From positions 64,172,001 to 64,236,000 of the forward strand of contig NC_086097.1 of assembly GCF_963921235.1 (NCBI RefSeq): a stretch of 64,000 nucleotides of DNA, given 5' to 3'. Source of the DNA: Mobula hypostoma (taxonomy: Eukaryota). Made by a program: the position numbers and the translations under genes. Position 1 is the stretch's first letter, and the number at the start of each line of letters is the position of its first letter. This document shows, piece after piece, positions 1-10,785 of the stretch. Below the pieces are notes generated by a model. The model was not told the origin of the DNA. It saw only the letters and a program-made list of their open reading frames with translations, and searched no databases.

Positions 1-3000
1 GCACAGTGCTTGGAGCAGGACTGATTGAGCACGGTTCTTCGTACCGACGTTATGGGTGGAGCACACGTCCTCCGCACATTAAACCATCAAGGTAATGTAG
101 CAAGGGGCCAATTAATTGTCAGCGATCTTCCAAACGTCTGTGATTTAGAATATATATATATATATCAGGAGGCGTAATTGCCAGCAAACAAATGTGAAAG
201 TGCTGCCTGCGAGCAGCAGGTTGCCCGGTGGAAAGGCAGGGCTGAGCCTGTGTGAACATCCACGCTGGGATTATCCGAAACCCTAAGGAGGATTGGCCAT
301 AGTACACAGCCCTTCAACCGGGCACGCAGCAATGCTCATTAAATCCCAGCTCATTTCACTTTGCTGCGGATTCTTTTCAAAACCAAAGTTAAAGAGGAAT
401 TTAATTCTGGATCTACCGGTGGAGGGCAGAATGACATTGCAAGGGTGAAATGGGGCAAGGCTCGAGGAGTTCCCAATTTTCAATAATTGCATCTTCTTTC
501 TGAAGTAACAAATCGAGAGCGACTGCAGCCACAGCACTCGTTTGCCTTTCATAAATCACAAGCAAGCGAGGCTGATAAACATGCAGCTCTGTTTCCCTAC
601 AGATTATCTCGGGAGATAACTGTCAGACTCGAGGAAAAGCGTCGCAACTGTCCAGTCACGGTGTTATGACAACACGATCCCTGGATCTGTTACTGTATGG
701 ACAGGGTGGAACAAGTTGTCAGGAGTCGGGACTGATCCAGGGTCTCACCTCATTTCAGAACAGCGGCTAGAGGTAATGTGATGTGACACGTAATCCAGCT
801 CCCGAGATCCTCATGTACTGGCATCAGCCTAATGTGACTGTAGGGCGTAGTCTAGTTTAAAACAAACAGCGATGGCCACAGTTTGCGTTCACTCAAAGGC
901 TGAATTCAACCGCCATCCATTATTGATTAATCTAACCCTCTGCAAACGCACACCAGTTCCCTAGGCGTCCGACTACCCCGTGTTAATTGAACTCCGTAGA
1001 ACTGTTTACCTCATTTTGAGTGGGAGTGAAGATTAAAAATATCCATTCCCTGCTGCCTTTTTCCCCATTCTCAAAGAAAATATAGCTATGAAAGAACTGA
1101 AATGTATTAAACAAAAACGAATAAATTAACCGAGAGATTCTCAAACACAGCGGATGGAAGCGAAGGGGGTTGGAAATATGCATAGGAATAACCCAGCATT
1201 GATCCCCAACGCATGCTTCCTCTGTTCCAGAAGTCAGCTCCTCTCCACCGTCACCGACTTGCAATGTAGTATGAAAAAGGCCAATAAATAGACTGAAAGA
1301 ATTTTTTATTATTTGTAAATCCATTTTAAAGGGTTGCCTCACCAGCCAAGAGTTTTCCATTAATGATGAATAGAAACAGGACATTTATCAAATCTGCCCA
1401 CATTTTAGATGCACGTTGAGATAAAGGCCGGCCCTCCATCTGGAGCTGTGTGCAAACTCTTTATCTCCAGCCGCAGTTCCAAGGCGAGGTGGGACCCAGC
1501 TGGTTTCCTGGCCTTTCTCACCGGATTATCAGCACCAACTGCCACCAGCCTCCATTCCCACTGCTGCTGCTCCAACAACTCCAGTGCGTCCGCTCATCAG
1601 ATAATGAACAGTTTCCCCGCATGGGAAAAGGCAGAAAGACATTCCCACGATTTGTGAAAGGACGCGATCGCCATCTCGGCTGTTGCTGACTCCCGACAGT
1701 GAACTTTCCAATTTCTCCGCAGGACACTGCTTACTCTGCGCTTGTAGCGCGGGCAGGTGCTGGAATACACAAGCGTTATCTCTCAGAATAAAACTCGCCT
1801 CAGTGTAAATCAGCATAGTGGGATAAATGGATGCCTGCGTTGCACTGATAGAGGAATCTTGTTGTCGAGATGTCGATTTAAAATAAATGCATCATCCAAG
1901 GACATCTGCGAGAATCCAGGCGTTATTAGTTTGCGTTGGAGCTGGACTGAAACGACGATTAAATCAAATCAATCTGCAGAGTGAATAAAAATCGTTTAAT
2001 TACACCTATTATATCCATAATAAAAACAAACTCAAGCAATGTTTGATTAATTTCAATGGGATCTGACGCTGTTACAAATTAAAAGGCTGCAAGATTACAA
2101 ATATTTATCTTGTTTGCAATTTAATGAAAATTAGAGGCAACTATTTCCTCTGTGTATTTTACATTTGAAGTCATAAATTCCCAGGCCTTATATTCTCTCG
2201 CTCTAACAGCACGCAGCAGAGTAACCCGGTTTCAAGTACGCCCGTCTTCCAAAACAATACTTTTTCAATAAGGCGAGGACCGGGCCTTCTCCACGTTCAG
2301 AAGTCATCCCGTTTTCTTTAACGGATTACGGAATAAACTCTCACTCTCAACCGTCTCCGTGCGTGTTAGTCTGTGCAGTTGTAATTCCAATCGTGTGTAC
2401 ACTGAGAAATGGAATTTTACCATTTCAATGTTGGAAGCAGAACGATGCAGTGATCGCAAAAGCTTTAGGAAACCTGTTTCAAATGAAACACAGTTGTTTG
2501 GCTGGAAGCCTCTCTGTTTCTTTACCTACTATGGGGGCCCTGCGTGTATTAGAGAAGCTGATGTAGTGCCGTTAATTGAGACTGGAGAACAGCAGTGTAC
2601 AGTACTGATGTAAGTGTCTCTGATATGAGACACACAGAACTTGTACTGTACCCGCATATACTTCAATTCATTTTTGTGCTTGTGTGATTCTGTGTTTCTG
2701 CATCTGGGATTAAGATACAAGAGTAATTCCAATTAATGTAACATACTTTCATTTTCACTCAATATATTTCGACGATTTTTATATCTTTATTTTCAAAAAA
2801 TGTTGCGCTAAGTGTTTCTGAGAACAATGCTATTCTATGAAGTGTATCGAAACATTGACACCAAACACCAGCTATTTAAAATCATACGATTTTCAGTTTC
2901 TTGTACGTTTTGAAAACGTCAGTAATCATTTTAAAACAAAAATGCGTTTATTTCAAATTCTGCAATACAATACACTACAATAAAAATACTAGAAACAGCA

Positions 3001-3435
3001 GCAATAAATACGTAACACGAACTAAATTAAAATGTTCCCATCCTCATTTAGGATGCAGTTTATCCCCCCGCGGTGCCCAACGGTCCCGGAACACCTCCAT
3101 TGTGCCCCTGGACACGGCATGTGTCTCTAGGGACACCCGGGTACGAACATCGCCCAGAAAAATTGTCAGGCTGGAAGCCCGGGCAATAATCTTGCTGCGG
3201 GCAACGTGATAGCAAGGGAAAATGGAAGGGATTTTCACCAAGGAAATGCAAGTAACGTTGTGGACGGAGTAACCGCGGAATCTGAAATTAGGGTTTGTCA
3301 GAGAGAGCTTTAATGTTGGAATTGTCCTATTAAGAGGACCTGGGAGAAGGGTTGAAAAACCTTGTAAAATCGAAAAGGTGTAGAGTAAGCCATTCTTTTT
3401 TTTAATAAGAGAAAATATGAATGTACATCCCAAAG

Positions 3436-3862
3436 TTACTTACTGCCAGTTACGCCTGCTGGCGTTTAGGGCAGCAATGAAGGTCTTTCATCTCTGTCTG
3501 CCTTTCCAGGAACCAGTTTTGGTCTTGGTCGTGGCGGTGTCCGGGGCTTCCTTCACCGCGCCAGTAGCTTCCTCTCAGTTTTCACTACTATCAGCCATGC
3601 AGGTCCTGGGTGGAAACTCGCGAATGCCGTCGCTCACAGATGTAGAAGGAATCTTCATTGCTGTCTCCATGACAGTTTTGTTTGACCAGTCGGGGTTATT
3701 AGCCCCGACCTGAACCCCGGAAACTTGAGGACCGGTGGACCACTCTTAGTCTGGCTTTTACCCTTTCACCTTGGCATAATGCCCTGACTCCAGCCAACAT
3801 AGCTCTCCGGGCCATTGAGGCCCACAAACCTCCAAACCACAAGATTATGGTCCACGTGGAAG
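3436..3862 (-). mobile_element. Short non-autonomous RTE-related retroelement
   Basis: Minus strand ends in ...GGCAGTAAGTAA, a (TAAG)n RTE-type tail; the body resembles a recurrent batoid repeat as recalled. A short CR1-like scrap follows at ~3870-3941. Confidence 0.5.
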
Positions 3863-3939
3863 ACATCCCAAGATAAGAAACTATCAGGGCGATGAGGAAA
3901 GCATTTGGCACATTTGCCTTCATCGATCAAAGCATTCAG

Positions 3940-4462
3940 TACGGGGGGGGTGGTGTTAGGTGTATGGTTGGGGGGGGTTAGGTGTACAGTCGGGGGGGGG
4001 GTTGTAGGTATGGCTGGGGGGTGTTAGTTGTGTGGTCGGAGGGTGTGAGATGTGTGGTCGGGGGGGTGTTAGGTGTACGGTCGGGGGGTTGTAGGTATGG
4101 CTGGGGGGTGTTAGTTGTGTGGTCGGAGGGTGTGAGTTGTGTGGTCGGGGGGGTGTTAGGTGTACGGTCGGGGGGTTGTAGGTATGGCTGGGGGGTGTTA
4201 GTTGTGTGGTCGGAGGGTGTGAGTTGTGTGGTCAGGGGGGTGTTAAGTGTACGGTCGGGGAGGGGTGTTAGGTGTATAGTCGGAGGGGGTGTTAGGTGTA
4301 TAGTCAGGGGGGTGTTAGGTGTATAGTTGGGTGGTGTTAGGTGTATAGACAGGGGGGTGTTAGGTGTATAGTCGGGGGGGGTTAGGTGTATGGCTGGGGG
4401 GTGTTAGCTGTGTGGTCGGAGGGGTATTAGTTGTGTGGTCAGGCAACGTTATGTGTATGGTC
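3940..4462 (+). repeat. G-rich minisatellite, ~21-22 bp unit with an 87-bp higher-order period
   Basis: Units like GGTGTACGGTCGGGGGGGTGTTA. The ORF 3982-4326 shows a 29-residue period repeated about three times. Confidence 0.92.
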
Positions 4463-5269
4463 AAACTCTAGGTTGCTTTTACTGGTGAAATGATCATGAA
4501 TAATAGGGATTGGGCACCATCAGGTTAATTTCCTGTGTGTGTCCAGGATCAAATGATTTGCCACTAAAGCTTCCTCCGGCTGAGAGAAATAACTCCGGCT
4601 GAGAACACGTGTCTCCAGCAGGTATAAAGGTAAACGAACTGGCGATCTGGTATGCTGGAGACGCAGAGGCCTCTGTTCTGCTTTCCCGGCAATCTGTATT
4701 TCAAACGTCCACTCTCTTACGAATAAAATGGGTGAGTTAATGCTGCTCATCAGGATAACGTGTTCAAATCCCAGCGTAGGGCAACCTAGTGGGAGGAATG
4801 TAAATAATTTACAACCATCGACATTGAGTTGGATTTCACTTTAAGAGGCTGCTCTGATGTGGTGACGTATTTAGGTAAAAAGTTTTTAGTGCGCTTTTGA
4901 GTGTAGGTTTTCTAGGTCAATGAAATGTATTGCGGGTTTGATTAAACATAAAATGCCCCACTTTGCTTTGTTTGCGAAAGCCTAGATTGGTGAACTCGAT
5001 GCTCTAGGACGATTCCGGAATTATTGAACATGTCGGCCAATGCTGTTGCTCCGAAACTGCCAGAGTTTTGGAAGCAAAATGCCGTCGCTTGTTTCGTACA
5101 ATCTGAGGCTCAATTCGCGCTTCAAGAAATAACCGCTGATGACACCAAATTTCACTACACGGTAGTGTCGCTCAGCAATTCCACAGTGGCAAGAGTCTGT
5201 CTGACCACAATAAATACCCATCGCTGAAAACTTTCCTTTTACAGACTTTCGGACTGTTGGAGTCTCCTT

Positions 5270-5566
5270 TTCTTTCGCCCTGGGCCTCCTGTCCCATGAT
5301 CCTCTCATATCCCTTTTGCCAATCAACTGTCCAGCTCTTGGCCCCATCCCTCCCCCTCCTGTCTTCTCCTATCATTTTGGATCTCCCCCTCCCCCTCACA
5401 CTTTCAAATTTCTTACTAACTCTTCCTTAAGTTAGTCCTGACGAAGGGTCTCGGCCTGAAACGTCGACTGTACCTCTTCCTAGATATGCTGCCTGGCCTG
5501 CTGAGTTCACCAGCAAATTTGATGTGTGTTGCTTGAATTTCCAGCATCTGCAGAATTCCTCGTGTT
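5270..5566 (+). mobile_element. Penelope-like element 3' tail nested in the Gypsy gag
   Basis: Pyrimidine-rich stretch, then CTGACGAAGGGTCTCGGCCTGAAACGTCGACT...GATGCTGCCTGGCCTGCTG. The same tail follows GIY-YIG remnants at ~51000 and ~59850. Confidence 0.8.
5434..5469 (+). ncRNA. Minimal type I hammerhead ribozyme motif
   Basis: Stem I AGTC/GACT, core CTGACGA (5438-5444), stem II AGG/CCT, GAAA (5458-5461), vestigial palindromic stem III ACGT. Predicted cut after C5465. Confidence 0.65.
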
Positions 5567-8500
5567 TTTCGCCAAACAGTTTCTCTCCTTACCCGCTCTC
5601 GGAGATGCTAGGCCTTTGGAACTAATGGACCACATGCTGTCTCTCCCGGAAAATCACGATCCTTCTTGTACTTTTAAAGAAGTCCTCATGCAGCAAATGC
5701 CTGATCAAGTTTGCATAGCCCTCGCTAATGCACCTGTGAAGGACTATAGGGAGCTCGCTAAAATGGCTGATAGTCTACACTCAGCTAGGCAGCGATGCAT
5801 CATTCCTCCTCCATTCTCTGCCCACTACTGCAAAACAGACGACTCCGAGCCTGTGTTTTTAACCACGAACACTAGGAAGAGCCGATTGCGTTGCAGCTTC
5901 GACAGTGCCAGCACATCAGGACATCAGAGGTCTGTGAACACCATGGGTTCCAGCAGTCAGGGTTGTCTACTGTTCATTACAGATGCAATTTCAGGGCAAG
6001 GCCTCTTGTGTGAGATGGGTGCTCAAGTGAGTATGTTATTAGCATCACATATTGATGAGAAGGCAAAGAGTAATGAAACCTCACTGGAAACCCCCAATGC
6101 TAGGATGATGCGGACTTACAGGGCATGATTGGTGAAGCTCTGCTTCAGTGGGCGATGTTGCACATGGGACCTCGTCCTGGCTAAAGTGGCTAGACCTCTG
6201 CTCAGTACAGATTTCCTGTGTGTGCATGGACTGTCACTCCATCTTAAGAACTGCCCCCTTGTGGAAGTGAAGCACTTTGGGTCATTACCCTGCTCCCCCA
6301 GTAGGTTCCCCACAACGACTCTGTCAAGCGCATGAGCCACTGATTGTGAGTTTACTCGACTGCTGGGCGAATTCCCAAACCTCACCATGCTCACATTCCC
6401 CACTACAGCTACAAAACACAGGGTCAAGCACCACATTCCCACAACTGGCCCGCCAGTCCAAGCCCGCAGGTGCACACTGGACGCAGAAAAGCTGGTAACT
6501 GCAAAGGCTGCGTTGTCAACATGGAAAGTTTCAGAATTGTACACAGGTTGAATAGTCCCTGGGCTTCACCTCTCCATTGGTCCCTAAATCCAGTGGTGGT
6601 TGCTGCCCATGTGATGATTACTGTCGCCTTAATGAGGTCACATCCCCCGACTGTTACCCAGTCTCACACATTCAAGACTTCTTGGCATGTTTAGTCGGAA
6701 AGTTATTTTTTCCCAAAGCCAATCTAGTTGGGGGCTACCATTAGGTGTCTGTGTGCTTGGGGGACATTCCAGAAACAGCTGTGATAACCCCATTTGGCCT
6801 CTTTGAGTTTCTGCGCATGTTGTTTGGACCGACAAATGCAGCACAGACTTTCCAATGGCTGATGAACTATTAAAAGACGTAAGAGTTTCATTTTGCTTAC
6901 CTGGATGACAAACTTGTTGCCACTGTGTCCAAATCTGAACACGTATTACCTCCGCACACTTGTCGGGCGCTTAAGCCAATACAAGTTGATTATTAGCCCT
7001 GCTAAATGCCAGTTTGGGTTGTCTACCATTGACTTTCTTGGCCACTGACTCCACAGAAGGTGCGAAACCCCTCCCATCAAAGGTAGCCGCTATTATGGAC
7101 TTCCCACCGTCCTGCACTACAAAAAATCTACAGGAGTTTTTAGGTATGGTAAATTTGTATCACTGCTTCTTTCGGCAAGCTGCTGAACTGATGCTCCCCG
7201 TGTATAGTGTGCTTAAAGGTATTTGATGATACCAAACAAGCTCTTTCCAATCGACCGTACTGGCACATCCGCTCCCCAGTGCACCCATACCCATTACTGC
7301 TGATGCTTCAGACTATGTGGGCGCTGTACACGAACAGTGGGTCGGAGGCGGGTGGCAGCCGCTTGCCTTCTTCAGCCAGCAGCACCCCCCCCCCCCGAAA
7401 GCAAGTACAGCACATTTTGGTCTCTATCTGGCTTTCCGCCATTTTCGTTTTCTTCTAGAGAGTCGCCATTTCACAGTGTTCATTGACAACAAACCCCTTG
7501 TGCGCACAATGGCCTGAATATCAGACCCTTGGCCTGCATGGCAGCAACAGTACCTAGCCTACATATCCAAGTTCACAACCGCTATACAACATATCAAGGG
7601 GAAAAAGTAAAGCTGTGGCTGATTGCCTCTCACGGCCAGCCATTGATGCCATACCCATAGGGGCTGACGACACCGGCATAGCAGCTGACTGAGTTACTGA
7701 TCCAGAGATCCAGGCTTACTGAACAGCAGTTATGGGCCTGCGGTTGGCTGACCTTAAGCTTGGGGAAGCTGGGGTTTCTCTCCTGTGTGATTCCTCAACA
7801 GGTCAGCCTCGCCCAATCTTACCCGCAAACTGGAGACGGACTGTTTTGGACTCCGTACTTGGCCTCTCACATCCGGGCCGGAAGGCCTCACAGAAACTGG
7901 TGGCACTAACATTTGTTTGGCACGGCCTCAGAAAGGACGTGCGTGGTTGGACTGCAGCCTGTGTGGCCCAGAACCTCGGCATTAGGCTACATCACACCAT
8001 TGCGTATCACCCGCAGTCCATTGGCCTATGTGAGCGGTTCCGCCAATCCTTAAAAGCTGCTCTGAGTCTGAGGGCTTCCTTGATGGATGAGTGTTGGCAT
8101 GATTGTCTCGCATGCGTCCTGCGGGGGCTCAGAACAGCTCCACAAGGGGTCCTGCAGTTGCCCGCGGCTGAGTTGGTGTACGGGCAGCTGTTAGGAGCGC
8201 CAGCTGATTTCATTCCTGATGCCACGACCACCTGACAACAGCGTTCCACCCTCCTCAGTAAATTCAATTCCTTTAAACCCATTCCTACCTCCTGTCATGG
8301 CATTTACCACTCGTGGGCTCCTGTTGACCCACGTTCTACCTCGTTTGTTTTCGTCCGCCATGATGCGCATCAACATCCCCTTATGATGGCCCGTTCAGCG
8401 GTTTGGAATGGGGAGAAAAGACTTTTATCGTAGATAATAAGGGTAAACGTGAACGTATTTCGGGTCGATCACCTTAAACCAGCCCACTAAGGTCTGGAAG

Positions 8501-8899
8501 ATTCCACTGCCATGGCCCTAGCATCACAATGTGACCATGAGTGTGTCAACACAGCTCTGGACGAGCCAGAGGCACCGCTGAAACCTCCACCCATGAAACA
8601 CAGGACCCGGGCTGGGCGGCTCGTCCGAGCTCCAACCAGGCTCACAATGCTGGTTTTAGTGAATTCTGGGGGCCGATGCAGGGTAACATACCTGGGAGAA
8701 ATGTACATAATTCACAACTACCATCGAGTTGGAGTTTCACTTTGAGAGGCTGGTCTGACGCGATGACGTTATTACGTAAAATGTTTTTAGTCCGCTTTTG
8801 TTTTGTAGGTTTTCAAGTGCAATAAAATGTGTTACATGATTCATTAAACATAAAACACCTCATTTAGTTTTATTTGCAAAAACCTACCCCAGGATACCA

Positions 8900-9940
8900 G
8901 CTATTTAGAGTGGACTATGTGGCAAGCTGAGTGGTGATGGCTTGTGCAGATTTATCAATAACAGATGGCGCAGGAATGTGTTCTCGTCTTTTCTTTTTCC
9001 TCTGCTGACTTAAAGGCTCTTTTCATTCATTGTAAACCATTCTGCCCACCCAGGGAATTTCACTCTGTAATCCTGGCTGGTATTGACATTTCCCCTCCTG
9101 CCAACACAGTCTGCACAAAGGCTGTTGTTTGACCTGCCCAAATACTACCAGAAGATTAGGTGCCCCACATGCAAGGACAGATCTCCAACACCAACATTAA
9201 AAGGGGTGTTCCACCATTTCCCCCATGCACCCTTGGCGACCTCTGACCATACCACGATCATTCTCTTCCCCAGCTATAAATGAAAACCGGAACGTTAAAC
9301 CAACTAGGACCACCAGACGGCGATGGACTCCTGAGGCTGTTTAGGCTCCACGGCTTGGAAGGCTGGTGTAGCCATCTAGCATACGCTCTGTGAAGGTGTG
9401 TCTTCCTAAAAAGATCATTGTGAGGTATAACAGTGACAAGCTGTGGTTCACCCAGGAGTTGAGAACTCTCAGATCTGCAAAGGGTTTTGCCTGCGTATCT
9501 TGCAACAGAGTGGAATACAGTTCTGCAAAACAGCACTTTAATAAAGTTCTGGAAGTGGCAAAAGCCACTTACAAGGATCAGCTCCAGAGGGATTTCAACA
9601 ACAATAGCAGGGCAGTCTGGAGTTCCCAGCAAATTCTTACCAATTTCAAACAGAAGTGCTCCCATCTCCCCTCCCTACCTTAGCCAATCTGCTCAGTTTT
9701 ATGCAACACACATCAAGGTTGCTGGTGAACGCCCTTCTCAGCCTGAAACGTCGACTGTACCTCTTCCTACAGATGCTGCCTGACCTGCTGCGTTCACCAG
9801 CAACTTTGATGTGTGTTGCTTGAATTTCCAGCATCTGCAGAATTCCTCGTGCTTGCTGCTCAGTTTTATTGCCAGTTTGATAAGGACAATCAACATTTAT
9901 CTCTTCTCATTTCCTCTGATCATGATATGCTAAGCCCTAT
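8900..9940 (+). mobile_element. Old LINE fragment, Rex1/Babar-like endonuclease and linker region
   Basis: Remnants HAPLATSDHTTIILFPSYK (SDH motif of APE endonuclease) and YNSDKLWFTQELRTLRSAK. Confidence 0.6.
9703..9855 (+). mobile_element. Truncated Penelope-like tail with a 5' inverted segment and 14-bp TSD
   Basis: CTGCTCAGTTTTAT at 9689-9702 and 9856-9869. 9703-9732 is the reverse complement (29/30) of 9790-9819. Confidence 0.85.
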
Positions 9941-9944
9941 CTAG

Positions 9945-10785
9945 GTCTGGGGGGGGGAGGGGGGATGTTGGGTGTACGGTCGGGGGGAGTGTTGGGTGTA
10001 CGGTCAGGGGGTGTTGGTTGTACGGTCGGGGGGCTGTTGGGTGTTGGGTGTATGGTCGGGGGGCTATTGGGTGTTGGGTGTACGGTCGGAAGGTGTTGGG
10101 TGTACGGTCAGGGGAGTGTTGGGTTCACGGTCGGGGGTGTTGGGTGTACGGTCGGGGGTGTTGGGTGTACGGTCGGAAGGTGTTGGGTGTACGTTCGGGG
10201 GGGGGGTGTTGGGTGTACAGTCAGTGGGGTGTTGGGTGTACGGTCGTGGGGGGGGGGTTTTGGGTGTACGGTCGGGTGTACGGTTGGGGGGTGTTGGATG
10301 TACGGTCGGAGGGGGGTGTTGGGTGTACGGCCGGATGGGTGTAGGGTGTTGGGTGTACGGTCGGGGGGGTGTTGGGTGTACGGTCCGGGGGGGTGGTGGT
10401 GTACGGTCTGGGGGGGGGGTGTAGGGTGTACGGTCGGGGGGGGGGTGTTGGGTGTACGGTCGGGGGTGTAGGGTGTACGGTCGGGGGGTGTTGAATGTAC
10501 GGTCAGGGGGTGTTGAATGTACGGTCAGGGGGTGTTGGTTGTACGGTCGGGGGGGTGTTGGGTGTACGGTCCAGGGGGGGTGTTGGGTGTACGGTCCAGG
10601 GGGGGTGGTGTACGGTCTGGGGGGTGTAGGGTGTACGGTCGGGGGGTGGTGTTGGGTGTACGGTTGTGGTGGGGTGTAGGGTGTACGGTCGGGGGGTGTT
10701 GGATGTACGGTCGGGGGGCGTGTAGGGTGTACGGTCGGGGGTGTCGTGTTGGGTGTACGGTCAGGGGACGTTAGGTGTACCGTCA
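9945..10785 (+). repeat. G-rich minisatellite, ~20-23 bp unit GGGTGTACGGTCGGGGGGTGTT
   Basis: Dozens of directly visible units with variable G-run length. Confidence 0.95.

Larger units (their letters stand above)
4775..8888 (+). mobile_element. Decayed Ty3/Gypsy LTR retrotransposon with both LTRs
   Basis: LTRs at 4775-4986 and 8677-8888 (212 bp each), with (C)CCAG duplicated on both flanks. PBS-like TTGGTGA at 4987 and a G-rich PPT-like tract before 8677. Remnants in Gypsy order: gag KLPEFW, RT SPWASPL and YLDD (~6898-6909), LQEFLGMVN, RNase H WQPLAFFS, integrase YHPQSIGLCER. Many stops and frameshifts. Confidence 0.92.

Noticed and set aside
9945..10785. CRISPR-like or telomeric array
   Set aside because: There are no unique spacers and no cas genes, the context is eukaryotic, and the unit is not (TTAGGG)n.
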